Shown here piece after piece: positions 1-15,081 of a stretch of DNA of 64,000 nt. How positions within the stretch are numbered: the stretch's first letter is position 1; each line of letters begins with the position of its first letter. The stretch is taken from assembly GCF_009914755.1 (NCBI RefSeq), contig NC_060939.1; one strand, written 5' to 3'. The notes under the pieces were generated by a model. The model had not been told where the DNA came from. It did no database searches and worked only from the letters and a program-made list of their open reading frames with translations. Source of the DNA: the human T2T-CHM13v2.0 reference genome, Homo sapiens. Made by a program: the position numbers and the translations under genes.

Positions 1-503
1 AACAATACTTTCTTTACAATAATATGAAACCATATTTGGCAGAAGAACCCTATTAATATTGTATGTTATATGTTACTGTATGGGAATAGTTACACAAAGT
101 CATATTGATTGAACTTATTCTTTATTTAATAGCTTTTCAAGGGAAATTTTTGCTATGTACACTATTTGCCTTACAGGGTCCTGACTTTAATTGTAAGATA
201 CCATTCTACTATAGTAGCCTTGATGCATAAATGAGCTCCACCTGAGTTATGTATTAAGCGGTCACAAACTTCTTATGTCTGTGTTAGGCTTATCCCCATT
301 CTTTCAGAATTAGGAAAAGTCACTCTAGCATGGTTCCAGTCTGTGTGTCTGCCCTTGCTTTTACCAAATCCACCAGAAAAGTAGCCTCGCAGTTTAGAGG
401 TGATTAAGTTTCTGGTTATCAGAAGTACCTACAGCAATCCATTCAGTGAAGAGGTTTCGCTAGGTTGACATAAAAATAGACATTGTACCTAAGAGTGGTT
501 ATA

Positions 504-937
<434 letters not shown>

Positions 938-1304
938 CTACTTTTGTTAGAGTCCTGGTTTCTGCACTCTTCATCTGCTGTCTACCTGTGCAGAGAGCAT
1001 AGACACACACATGAACATATAGATAGAATCATGTTGTGAATAGCACTTCCAGTTTTAGAAATTTGTGAATGTGGTGATAAAGGTAAAGCACCTGAGACTG
1101 AAAGGAGTGATTAAAATCTCAGGTAGTTTAGACATGGGCAAGAGATCTAGTTAATGAGTTTGTTCCCTCTCTCCCTTGCTTTTTATTCTTTATTGCATAG
1201 AAATGTTGGTGTACCAGGCATAAAGGCCAGAGAATATTGTGGTTGTTCTTGTTCACTAAGGTGTTAATGACTTACTCTAGTTTCAGATTTTTTTTTTCTC
1301 TTCA

Positions 1305-1550
1305 GAAGGCTGTGCTTAAGAGGGCAGACTGTGAAATCATACTGCTTGGGTATAAATCGTAACTCTGCCACTTACTACCTGTGTGATTCTGGACAAGTTA
1401 TTTAAATCTAGTGTACTTCGGTTTAGTCATCTGTGAAATGGGGATAATGATATCTGTTTCATGAAGTTGTTGAGGATTAAATGAGGCAATATATGGAAAT
1501 TGCATAGATCAATGTCTGATATGTGGTGAGTGCTATATAAGTGTTGGCTT
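1305..1550 (+). mobile_element. MIR SINE
   Basis: MIR core ctctgccacttactacctgtgtga...catctgtgaaatggggataat...gaggattaaatgag. Confidence 0.8.
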
Positions 1551-4363
1551 TAAACCTGTGTATCTCAAAATTCACCCACTAGATCTATATTTAACAATTA
1601 CACAAATTTAAACACATGGATACATTTGCAAATATGCTGTATTCTAAGTGTAATAAATGAGAATTATTTGCCGACTCAGTCATGCTTAATTTAACTACTT
1701 TTATTTATTTTAAATGTATGAAGGACATAAATAAAATCAATTTCCCCTCTTCAACTGTTTATTTCTTTCTTGGGAAAGCAACAGTCTCTTCCTGCCAAAC
1801 TTGGATATAAAAGTTATCAGTCTCTCTAGTATAACACCTTATACATGATGAGTGCTCTATACATGTTTGCTGAATATAATCAAATTCGGGAACAATCATC
1901 AGATTTACTAGATTAACTAGGCTGGGAGGTTGAGGAAGGAAAGAATCAAAGTTGATTTAAGATGAAGCTTGAAGTAGGTGGTGGTGGTATTAATGGTAAT
2001 AATAAGTGATTTGGAAACTTGTACTGTGTGACCATGGGAAAGTTACTTCTATGTGTCTTAGTTTTCTGGTCTCTAAAATTATGATAATTTTACATGTATT
2101 TTGTAGGGTTTTGGTGAAGATGAAATGTGATAATAGGTATGAAGTATTTCATTTATTGATATAATAAGTGAGAACTGCTATTATATTGTTATTTATAATA
2201 ATTTGAAGTACATTTTCATGGTTATATTTCTTGATGTACAAATTCTGTTTCTAGAATGTCGAGTTATATGAGTTTGTGGAAATGTCAAGAGGCCAGGTCA
2301 TCTTGGTTTCTCTGCCTTTTTAACTGTGTTAGCCAACCTACGCCAAGCTCTGGAGTAGAGTATTAAAGTACCATTGAGGTTTGCATCCTGGGGTAGGAGT
2401 AGGAGAGAGGAGTATATTGATACTCTTTTCTAAGATACAGAGTTGGTCATTCCTTAGTTTAAAAGATAGAATTGAGTTCACTGATAGGAAACCACTGATA
2501 GGAATTACATTTATAGGCATCATCAGTGATCAAGAGTTGGCATTTTAATCATGAACATTTTTCAGTTTATATGTAATCTATTATGGTAGTTATTTTTTTA
2601 AAAAAGAAGCAATATTAAGTTGAGTAGAGTTTGAGTGCTTTTTAAAAAAATGAATTGCTAAATGTCCACCATGGTTTTCTCTTCTGTCTGTATTATGGCT
2701 TGCAGAATGAAACAGTCATTTATCTTTTTGCTCTTTCTTCCCTCTGTGTTTTACAGTATCATAGAATTTTCAAAACTGAAAGATGCATTGGTTATATATG
2801 TTCTGTCTCTTTATTTCCTACATGAGGAAACTGAAACGACATGTTTGAGATTTGACCAGGTGTAGATTTGTGCTGTATGTAGAGATTTGGCTAGGCTATG
2901 TGACTAGTTAATGACAGCCTCTGGCATGACAGAACTCAGATATTCTGAATCTTATGCTAGTGCTTTTTAACCCCTTGACTTTAGTACTTCCCAACTCAAA
3001 GAACTTTACGTTTTCTGCCATATACTGAAGGAATGGGAAAAGAGAGAGGAGAAAGGTGAAAATAGAAGAGGGTCTGCAGCTGATAAAAGAGGACATGGGA
3101 CATGATATGATAGAACAGTTTAGCAAGTATAGTGTATTGGGTAGAATAGCATAGAATTTAAGAGCTTGAGCATTAAAATCAAGCTGTCTTGGGTTCTATT
3201 TCTGGCACTTCTGCCTCATTGCTCTGTGACTCTGAGCAAGTTATGTGTTTTTACTTTAATCTTTTTTTCTTTTTTCATTGATTAAAAGGGGGTGGGTACT
3301 AATAATAACTTCCTCACTAAAGTTTGGGGCTTATACCTGTCAGTGGAAAGGGGAAAACCAGTTGTGTGGTGATGATTTAGCTTTAAAATACTTGATTTAG
3401 CTGCTGTATATGATTCAGCACAAGATGATATCCGGGATTTTTTTTTTATTAAGGGATAGTAATAGGTATGTTCTGAGGCTTTTTGTTTCAATACATGCTA
3501 TGATTTCTGATACCTATAGCAATAAAGGGATATGAGGATTCAGTTCATTTAAAAAGCATCAGCAGTGGTTTTTTTCACAGACCAGTTGTTAAAAACAAAA
3601 ACGGACCATAGACCCAACTAGGTTGAAAATGAAAATATGTGGGTACAAGGATTTAAGTATTTCTCCAGTCTTCTAAAGTTCATAGACAAAGCCATAGATT
3701 GGGGCCTTGGGATAAGGGAAACAAAAATAAATAAAAACTCAGTGAAAGTAAACATAAGCTTTCAGATTCTATGGGAAAGTAAAATCAGCCTATAAGATTA
3801 TCTGGATGAGATTAATGTCATTTTTCTTGCAAATCCTGGACCATTCCTGCCAGATATGGCTAAAGGGAACTTTAATTTTGTTTAGCGCTCTCTCCATTCT
3901 TAACAGGAGTTCAGTATTTTTTCGTTAATGTGGAAGAGTTTGGCTAAGAACCTCTCTATAGTTTGTAGGTAGTGAGTTAGAAATAGGATAATAGAACCTT
4001 GGTTTTTCTAATGTGCTATCTATACAAAAAACACAGGTCATTCTGACCTCAGCAGGGTCATACTGGCTGGAGGTGTAGAAGGAACTGGTGGGTAGTTCAT
4101 TTACATTTGACAGCAGATGCCTTAAGAGTGTATCTATGGGCAGAGGCAACCTGTAGTTTCCTTCCTCCAACAGAGTCCAGTGGCATAAGAACAGTATAGT
4201 TGGCCTGCTTTTAGGGAGGTTGGACTTACCCTGATCCCCCAATTTTAAGATGTTGAGATTTGTAAATGCATTCAGTTTCTTAAATGTTAAAGGTGAATAA
4301 ATGTGTATCTTATAGTTCAGGAAATATGCTTAGACATGTAAGTCATATTTGCCTAAAGAGTTA

Positions 4364-4895
<532 letters not shown>

Positions 4896-5898
4896 CAGCC
4901 CAAAAAACTTCTTAACTCTTTTAAGACAGCAGTGGAGATGCTGTAATTAGGCAACAAATAGTTAATTACCAAAATAATTTTCTTGGCTACTGTGAGATTC
5001 CAGAGGAGGGAGATTACTTTGGATGGTCAAGAAAGACTTAATAGAGGAGGAAGTGTTTGAGTAGACTGTTACAGGACAGATAGCATTTGAATAGGGCTGG
5101 AAGAAAGTCTGGAAATATGGAATGATGGAAACAGTACAGTGGTCTCATTACAAAATTCGGTAGATAATAAATCAGCTTACTTTGTGGGAAAATAGTACGA
5201 GATAAGGCAGGTTAACATTTCTGTAGAAAAAAATGTTATCTCTTCTTTGGGAGCCAATTAAAAATAGATTTTATACACAAAATGTTTTATAAATATTAAC
5301 TTACTGTGGTATGAAGAATGGATCCAAGGTGAAAGAGTGACAAAAAATAGGATGATCTGAAAAGATGGTACATGGACCCACGGATAATGAAATAAGACTT
5401 GGATTGGGAGGATAGTAATCAGATTGCAAAGTTATATAAGAAATTTCACAAAGGGGAAAACACAAAACTGGTACAACTAAGTGACTGGGAAAGATATAAA
5501 ATCATGTAGACTCACTTCACCCACAAAATGGTAACTCCTGAATTAAACTTCATGTGTTTTATTTAGGCTTTGTCAAGTTAGCTATGGTTGTATTAAAACA
5601 GATTGTTTGATTTTGATAAATAGTTTTCCTTAATACATGGGAAAATCGAGTTGTGTGAATAAAGAAATATAAAATAGCTTTTACTCAGTTGTCCCATTTG
5701 TCAGCATTGATGGGTAATAAAGATTAGTGTTACTTTTTCTTCTCTAGTGTAGATATTTTCTCAAAATTGTGTGTTTGCTATTGTTTTTATTTTTGAAGGG
5801 GAAAAAGGTATACATTTTATAGCTACTAGGAGTTCAAATACAGTAATTAGAAAGGACACACAAATTTTGAAATAGTATTTTATGCCTCTTGATCTCAG

Positions 5899-5960
5899 GT
5901 ACAATACACGAGATGAAGCAGTTAAATAGCAAAGCAAGACAGAAGGGTCAGAGAATTAAA
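5899..5960 (+). CDS. TCF12: Probable alternative TCF12 exon, 62 nt, (G)TIHEMKQLNSKARQKGQRIK, in frame with exon 5
   Basis: Acceptor tatgcctcttgatctcag|, donor AAA|gtaagtg; open in phase 1 to phase 0, the same phases as canonical exon 4; ATG at 5913 is in frame with exon 5. Confidence 0.65.
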
Positions 5961-6983
5961 GTAAGTGTTTTCTATATATTGCATCTGTGTTCCCATTAAT
6001 CTCTGTTTTGTTATGTAACTGCTCCTTCTGAATGTTCTGAATGTGAAGAAAACTATGAGTAAGAAAAAGGGTGTGTTTTAAAGTTAGGTTTAAATAAAGC
6101 CAGAAGAGTAAAATGTTTTTACTCTTAGTTCTGTTTGAAACAGCACCTGCCTATAAATTATAACCTAAATGTTTTTGGATAAGAAAAAATTGGGTTGTGA
6201 TGATGTAAGCACCTTTAAATCTCTTGCTAGCAGATATTTAAAGTGAAAGAAAGCACATACTGATCAGATTGCCCATGTTTCCATTTTAAGACAATTAAAG
6301 CTTCTGTTTTTTTCAGACTAGCCTTTCTTCCTGGGGACAACACTTACTGAGAGGCTTTGCTGTGGATCTTTTTGGAAATAACCTTCATGTCAATTTCTCA
6401 CCTTACTGTGATTAACTTTCTAGGCCCATGAAATAACATCTTGATCAGGACTGATCTAATCTTTATAGTTTTCTTTTTTAATCTTCTAACTGTTCAGATT
6501 TTAAAGTTAACAAGTAAAAATCAAAGCATATTAATCTTTGAATCTTTATGTCCCTTTTTGTAATTGTTGAGGTCTTTCTTGACAGCCTGTTTAATATTTT
6601 TTCCCTAAGTTTAGAGATTGCTTATTTGTGGGAATAAAAAGTAGGGTGACACTTTTTTGTACCCACTTGGGTTTTTAAATTAATAACAATGAAATCATAA
6701 CCAGCACTTGTCACAATTTAGTTTACACACTTTCATGTTACCTGCTTTGATCTTCACACGAGCTCACCAAGAAGCCATTTTTAAAATCTTCTCCATTTTA
6801 GAGGTGACAGAATTGAAGCTCAGAAAAGGTAGATAACTTATCAGATATTAAATGCTTAGGACTTTATCCAGGCTGTCTCTAAATTACTTTCCCTTTTTAC
6901 TGTGTTGCATTTGCCAAATTATAAAAGAGACCCCCAGAACAGTTATTTCTACTTGTGCAGGACTTGAAGGACAGAGTCACTAG

Positions 6984-7295
<312 letters not shown>

Positions 7296-7739
7296 TTAGA
7301 AGTTTCAGGATAACGGTACTGCCATCTTACTTCTTATAAAAGCAGTAATTCGTATTTTATGTATTAAAATAAATGAGCCATAGGATGAATCAGACAGGTT
7401 TGCTTCTAGTTTTCACCACTCTATTTGACCTTGGACAAGAGAGTTAATTCCTGAGCCTCAGATTTCTCATCTCCAAAGAGCTTTTTCTCATAGGAAGTGT
7501 GCAAGAATTAATAGAGGAAGTTTTATACAGTATTTAGCTCATATAGAAATCTATACATTGTTCTTCTTTTTACATTCCCATGAGAAATTTCATGCCCATT
7601 TTGATTAAAAAAAAAAAAAAAAAGATGTTAGGAATTTTTCAAATCTTGGATGGTCACTGGAGAGGTAGCTGTTTTGAATTCTTGGAGTATATCCTGAAAA
7701 GATGATGGACTATTAGGGTTTTTAAATGCCCAACAAGAA

Positions 7740-7910
7740 GTTTGTTTGTTTGTTTCTTTGTTTGTTTGAAACAGGGTCTTGCTCTGTCGCCCAGGCTGGA
7801 AATGCAGTGGCACAGTCATGGCTTACTGCAGCCTTGACCTCCCAGGCTCAAGTGCCTCTCCCACCTTAGCCTCCTGATTAGTTGGGATTACAGAGGTCTA
7901 CCACCACAGT
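7740..7910 (-). mobile_element. Alu right-arm fragment (AluJ/FRAM-like)
   Basis: acagggtcttgctctgtcgcccaggctgga...gggattacag. Confidence 0.75.
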
Positions 7911-9000
7911 TGAACTTTTGGAAAGTTCACTGTATTGCAGGTCTTGGGATTTGGAGATTATTGGGAAAAAGAAGTAGGGCAACCCACATTCTTATGAATG
8001 TAAATTTATACAAATCTATATTCTTATAACAGATTGCAGATTAATACATTCTAGGAAAGGAAGAGATTTCAGTTCCTCAAATCTGTTTAAAAGGATATGC
8101 ATCTCACAAGGCATTTAAGAGACCTAAATTAGCTTATATAGGCCAAAGGATTGGTGTCATCAATAATGGTTAGATTTTTGTGTCATGTATTTTTGTTGTC
8201 ATATACTTAAACACTTTTATTCTGAGAACAAGCTTGAAACGTTTCCCTTCAACATATTGAACTGATGCTTTAACCTTCTTCTTATAAAATGAAATAATTA
8301 TTTAAATGTCATTTTACATCATAATCAGTTTGTTGCTTTGTGCACGGAGCAGAGCATATTCTGGTGGTTAGGACTGGAAATTATTTTGTGATTAAATAAT
8401 TAAGTGCCAGCTGTCCTGAACCAAATATCTTCTCGATGTTGGTAATACTGTTGCATCTTATTGAGTTGACTTTTCTGAGTTTTTGCTGTGTGTGTATTAC
8501 TGTTTATTTTCCACTAATTTTGCCTTACTTCCTTAGATTGTTTTTCCTCAGTATCTTTCTTCCCTACTTCGAGTTTTGTAGTCTCTTGGAATTCTGTATG
8601 CACATCTTTATGTTGTTAACATGGAAATGTTTTTTTTCCCAGCTCCTTTCATTCATGAAGCTTTTACTGAGATTCCACTATTTCCTTGTCACTGAAATTA
8701 GTTGTGGAAAACAAAAATCATCAGTTTATATTTCATAAAGGGAGTCCTCATTCTTATGGGAAAAACAGAGATTATTGTACTGTAGAATGATAAAAGCTAT
8801 GATAAGGATGGCCTAGGGGAGAGTAAAAGTCCAGAAATAGAAGGAATATTTGTTTATGAAACCTCCAGGACATATTGTATAGCAAGTGAAAATGATAATC
8901 TGTTTTGTAATACAAGGAACAGGGAATTTAAGCCTGAGTTCTCTCATTAGACAAATGAACTTGGTCAAATGGGTCATTTTTTCTGGACATGACATGAGGT

Positions 9001-9006
9001 TTCTTT

Positions 9007-9076
<70 letters not shown>

Positions 9077-9099
9077 CTTTCTTTCTTTCTTTCTTTCCA
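9001..9099. repeat. (TTTC)n/(TC)n compound polypyrimidine microsatellite in an Alu tail
   Basis: Visible directly. Confidence 0.95.
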
Positions 9100-9392
9100 T
9101 TCTTTTTTTTTATTTGAGACAGGGTCTTGCTCTGTTGCCCAGGCTAGAGTACAGTGACACGATCGTGGCCTGTTGCAGCATTGAACCCCTGGGTTCAGGT
9201 GATCCTCTGCCCCTGTCTCCCAAGTAGCTGGGACTACAGGCCTGTGCTACCATATCTGGCTAATTTTTTGTAGAGACAGGGTCTCACTTAGGTTGCCCAG
9301 GCTGTTACCAAATTCCTGAGCTCAAGTGATCCTCCTGCCTTGGCCTCCCAAAGTCCTGAGATTATAGGCATGAGCCACTGCGTTCGGATGGG
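9100..9392 (-). mobile_element. AluJ
   Basis: Antisense dimeric Alu with ctgagctcaagtgatcctcc. Confidence 0.85.
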
Positions 9393-9609
9393 CATCAGAT
9401 TTCTAATGTGTAAAACAAAAATTTTGAATAAGATCATAGTTTCTCAAACTGGCCTTCATAGGATATTAACAAGCAGTGTACGAATACAGAGCTTCGTGAT
9501 CCAAAACATTTATGTATTAGTTAAAATTAAATAGACTTTTTTATTATTAGATTTCTTAGTTTTTAATAGGTTGTAGTAAATGATAAATCTTTAAGAAAGG
9601 AATAGAATA

Positions 9610-9955
<346 letters not shown>

Positions 9956-10014
9956 TTAAGAAATGTAGTTTGACTGCTAGTAGCAGTCTCAAGAAATAGT
10001 AAGTTAGGCAGTGT

Positions 10015-10555
10015 AAACATTTAGCTCTTAACTTAAATCTGTGATCCATTGTGAGTTTGTTTCTGTATAAGATGTCAAGTCAGGTCAACGTTAATTTTTT
10101 TTTCATAAGGCTGTCCAGTTTGCCACCACCATTTGTTGAAAAGATTTTTCTTCCCTCCCATTGAGTTAACTTGTTATCTCTGTTAAAAATCTGTTGGCCA
10201 TATATGCGAGGATCAATATCTGGGCTCTGTATTGTGTTTTATTGATTTTATCTTCACACCAATACCATAACTGTCTTGATTTCTATACCTTTAAAGTAAA
10301 TCTTGGTATCAGGTAGTGTAAGTCTTCCACCTTGTTATTCTGTTTCAGAATTGTTTGAACTATTCTACGTTCTTTGCATATATATATTGAAAACTTTAAA
10401 ACCAGTATGTCAGTTTCTACGAAGCTGTGTAGGATTTTGATTAGGATTGCATTGAGTCTGTAGATCAGTTGGAGGGGGAACTTAACAGTGTGGAGGCTTT
10501 TGATTCATGCATATGATATATCTCTATATTTAAGTATTTACTTTCCATATATATG

Positions 10556-10598
<43 letters not shown>

Positions 10599-10778
10599 TT
10601 TTTTTTTTTTTGGCAAGGCTTTGCTCTGGCGCCCAGGCTGGAGTGCAGTGACATGATCTCTGTTAGTATTTTTAGATAGTTTTTAGTGAACAAGTGTTGC
10701 ACATTTTCTGTTTAATTTATTAACTAAATGTTTCATAATTTTTGATGATGTTATAAGTATTTTTAATTGCATTTTTTG
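10015..10778 (-). mobile_element. Old L1M fragment, interrupted by (TG)n/(TA)n and a short Alu 3' fragment (10598-10660)
   Basis: Antisense L1 motifs caccatttgttgaaaag, ttgattaggattgcattgagtctgtagatcagtt. Confidence 0.8.
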
Positions 10779-10947
10779 GATTACAGGCTGCCGCCACTGC
10801 ACCTGCCTAATTTGTATATTTTTTTTTTAGTAGAGACAGGGTTTCACCTTGTTGGCCAGGCTGGTCTCGAACTCCTGACCTGAAGTGATCTGCCTGCCTC
10901 GGCTTCCCAAAGTGCTAGGTTCACAGACGTGAGCTACCACACCTGGC
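10779..10947 (-). mobile_element. AluS fragment (left arm and linker)
   Basis: tagtagagacagggtttcacc...cccaaagtgc. Confidence 0.8.
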
Positions 10948-13900
10948 GGATCTGTAGTTTTTTAAAAAAAAAAAAAACGTTTGCATGTACTTTCTTAAGA
11001 ATTTGTTATGCTAATCCTGGCTTGAAAGAATTAGTTGAGAAGTATTACTTCTTCAAATTTATTGACAAGATTGTGAATAATATTTTCTTCTTTTTAATTT
11101 TTTATTAGTTACCTATTGTTAACTAGGTACCAGAAACTTAAATAACACATTTATTGTCTCGTCTATGAGATGGGGGAAATATAGTATTATTCGATATATA
11201 GGTTAATATAGGTTAAATTAACTGACACAATGCATGGATGTTCTTAACACAGTGCTGGTACGTAGTATGTACTCAATAAAACTTAGTTGTGATGATCAAA
11301 ATGACACCAGAGGTGCTTATTGACACTTTATTTTCCAGTTATCAATATGTTTCATTTTGCTTTAGGGTATTCTTTAGCAAATCTTAATGCGACTTCTGCC
11401 TGCCTAACAGTATTTGTTCTGCTTTTGGTGCTCCCATTTGAAGCTGTGCTGGTGTATTAGCATCTTCTAAACTATTCATACAAAACCCAGCAAGTTTAAC
11501 TTGTAATTTGGCGGACTGGTTTGTACTTCATTTAAATTTTTACTGTTTATTATCATCCTGTCCCCTAGACTACTAGGGAGTCCAATGGTACTAATCAAAC
11601 CTTGGAAGCTATAATGTGGTACATGCATCTCAGGCCCAGACCTCATGAAAAGGTTATTCAGTTTATTAATATATTTTCAGATAATGTCTCTCTCTTCTTG
11701 TGACTTCTTGTGACTGTAAGCTCCTTGAAGGCAAAGGCTTTTATTTATTCTTGCATCCTATCATCTGGCACAATGCCTAATGTATTATAGGCAGTACTAC
11801 ACATATATACATATGCATTATCACACTTCCATATGCATATTTTAATTAATTTCATTAATAACTAGATTGACATGAAAAGATAGGTAAAAAAATAAGATGA
11901 GTGTTGAAGGAGAAAATGGGGGCTAAAAATCGAGAGCAGGTAAGACGAGAAGATGAAGTATCAAAAAGCACACCTGGCATTTAGGATATAGATTGATAGT
12001 ATGCATTACAAATATTAGAACTCAAAGCAGACAAGAAATCCATTTCGGTTATTGCTGCTGATGAAAACCATCGTATTTGATCACATAGATAACTCAGTTT
12101 ATGTCACAATTAGCTTTAGTTTCCTTAGGAAGGGTATAAGAAAAGAAAGGTAATGCTGTGACCTTTTGTTATCAAAGTAATGCTGGTCTTCTATATTTGT
12201 AAGTATCTGAAAATTTTATATTATGTGCAAATGTAATTAACTCATTATATTTTCGTAAGTATGTGAAAAGTTTGTATTGGGTGCAAATATAGTAAAGCAG
12301 TATCAGTTTGGACTAAATGTCTGAATTGAAGTGTAATTTTATTTTTTAGGAAATAACTGCTTTTTACTTTTAATTACATGTATTAGCTGAAACTATTCCA
12401 ATAAAGTAATGCCACTTAAACGTGCTTCACAGTTTACATACACACATCAGAATAGAGTTTTTCTCTGGTAATGGATCAGATAGTTATTTCTTTGATTGTG
12501 TACTAGGTGAAGATGCTGACTTGTGTTTTCATACCATGTTATATGAAGAATACTATTTCTCACACTAGAATCATGGCCATGGAAGGAGATGCTTCCACTG
12601 AGAAGCATTAAAAAATCCATGAGAATTGCTGGCACTTCCACATCTCATGCTCACTCCAGGATACAAACCATGCTTTTTGGTAGAGTAGGGATGGAGTGGA
12701 ACAGTACTTTTTCTGCTTTCATTTTTTATAAATTCACATAGTTTGATTAGATCAATTGACGTAAGATACGAGTCAGTATATCTGGACACACAAATAACCA
12801 CAAAATCCCTCCGCTGTGTGATTTTATTCAATTCTAGTAGATGTTTCTCAAACTGGTGAATGAGTAGCCCCTGGCGGTTGTTCCTCAGCCTTGTTCTCTA
12901 ACGTGGTTAGAGAAGGAAATGCCTTTACTTACTGATTTTTTCAGTGAAAGGAGACTGACAACCATGCAGAAATAAGTAAAATGGTCTTTAGTTACAAAAG
13001 TGCTATGGAAATGAGAGGGTAGTGTATTTAGAATTTAATTCCTTTGTTCTTTGTAGCAATAAGGACTAACCTGAAGAGATATTTTCTTTAAATAAATCTA
13101 TAAAGTATTAACATATTAATAGGAAGACTCACAGATTCTAAATCTGTGATTTTGGGATATTTAAGGAGACTTAAAGATCATTCTAAAAACGCTTTCTCAA
13201 ATTAAAACAGCAGCTTTCTTGAAAAATAATTTAGATGCTCTTTCAAATTGAAAAATTACAGAAGTTCAAAATGAGGAAGTATTCCACTTCCAAGAAAAAC
13301 CTGATTAGTTACTTCAGTAAGCTGCTCATTGAAAATAAATGTCTCTACTGACAGGATTATATTTTAGTTTTAAGAAGCTAATTTATCATTTAAAGGTTAT
13401 CTCTAAAAGTTAGGTTTTGTATATCTAATGTACTCACAGTTACACCTACCTCTCATAACTTGATAGTGAAACCTTTCTGTTTTTCAAAGGGAGTTCCAGC
13501 ATTTCAGCTGCTGAGCACTCTGCAAGAGAAACTGTATACTGTACATCAGAAAGCAGGGGTACTGTCTGCCTTTGATGTTAAGTAGAAATGAAGACTTCCT
13601 TCATTGCCGGTTCTTTGTTGGATTATTCACATGGCACCTGTGTCCTTTAGCCAGATAATCACTGTTGATTTCAGAGATCTAGGAATTGAGGAAGGGGATA
13701 ATAGGTCTGTCTCTTAACAAGCCGTTTTGCATTCAGTTGCTATTTCTGGGAAGCTTCAGTACTGCAGAACGAATCACAGAGTCCCTAAGGAAGATTAGTG
13801 CCCCCTATCATGCTGTTTCTCTTGTTGAGCATTCAATTGATGTTGGATTTAGGGCCCTGACCCAAAAGATTTTGATATCTCTGTGAATAATTTCCTTTTT

Positions 13901-14509
13901 TGCAATTGTCAGTGCATTACAGCTAGGCCATTCGGATGCCTTTTATTAGAATGGAGTTACATAGCCTTTCCCAATTAATTATAATGAATATTAATTCTTA
14001 ACTATAATTGCCAAATCATTATCATAAACTTTAACATAAGGGTACTCAACTACTGGCTCTGACGCTGTAGAAATTTGCCTCTAGGTTTTTTGAGGCCTCT
14101 GTATGCATTTTCCATGGGAATTATGTTAGCATCCCAGAAGACTACTGTACCTATTCCCACCTTGGGCAAGAGAAAAGTTCTGCGGTAGATAAAAATGTCT
14201 GCAGTAGATGTTCACTTAGCAGCGGAGGTTTTTCCATTTCCCATTTTGTTCGTGGCTTCATGAGAGTCCCCCAGTCCAAACAGTTTACTAAAGCTCTTAT
14301 GACTGTCTCCACTGTTGTGAGCACCATTTGCCAAACTGGGTAGTTAAATTTTGTTTTGTTTTGTTTTGTTGTTGCATTTTCCTACTTTCATTCCTTTATT
14401 CTTATGAATTACTGTTTGAACAGATTTATTCTTCATTTTGTATGGCTTCAGCCTGTCATTGAGCCATTCAGTTCACAATAGTTCTATCGGGGAGCAGTTA
14501 TTACTAGAA

Positions 14510-14735
14510 AGGCAGCATTTCATGGTGGGCTCTGGACAGACAGCCTGGATTCAAATCCCCATCCTACTATTTACTGTTAGACTTTGGGTGATCTGTGTAA
14601 ATTTTCTGTGCCTCTTGCCTCATCTGTGGAATGGGAATAATAGTAACTAGTTCATAGTGTTGTAAAGATTAAATGAATAAAGCCTTTAGCCCAAGTTCTG
14701 GCAAATGGTATCGCCAAATGTATGCTCATGCTATT
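14510..14735 (+). mobile_element. MIR SINE
   Basis: gctctggacagacagcctggattcaaatccc...cctcatctgtggaatggg. Confidence 0.75.
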
Positions 14736-14757
14736 ATTATTTTTATTATAGTAATAG

Positions 14758-15081
<324 letters not shown>

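Noticed and set aside
8813-9227. ORFs rich in ERER/KERK or SLSL
   Set aside because: Products of the (TTTC)n/(TC)n microsatellite
12862-12880. CTCF-like gtagcccctggcgg
   Set aside because: Mismatches at two core positions of the motif
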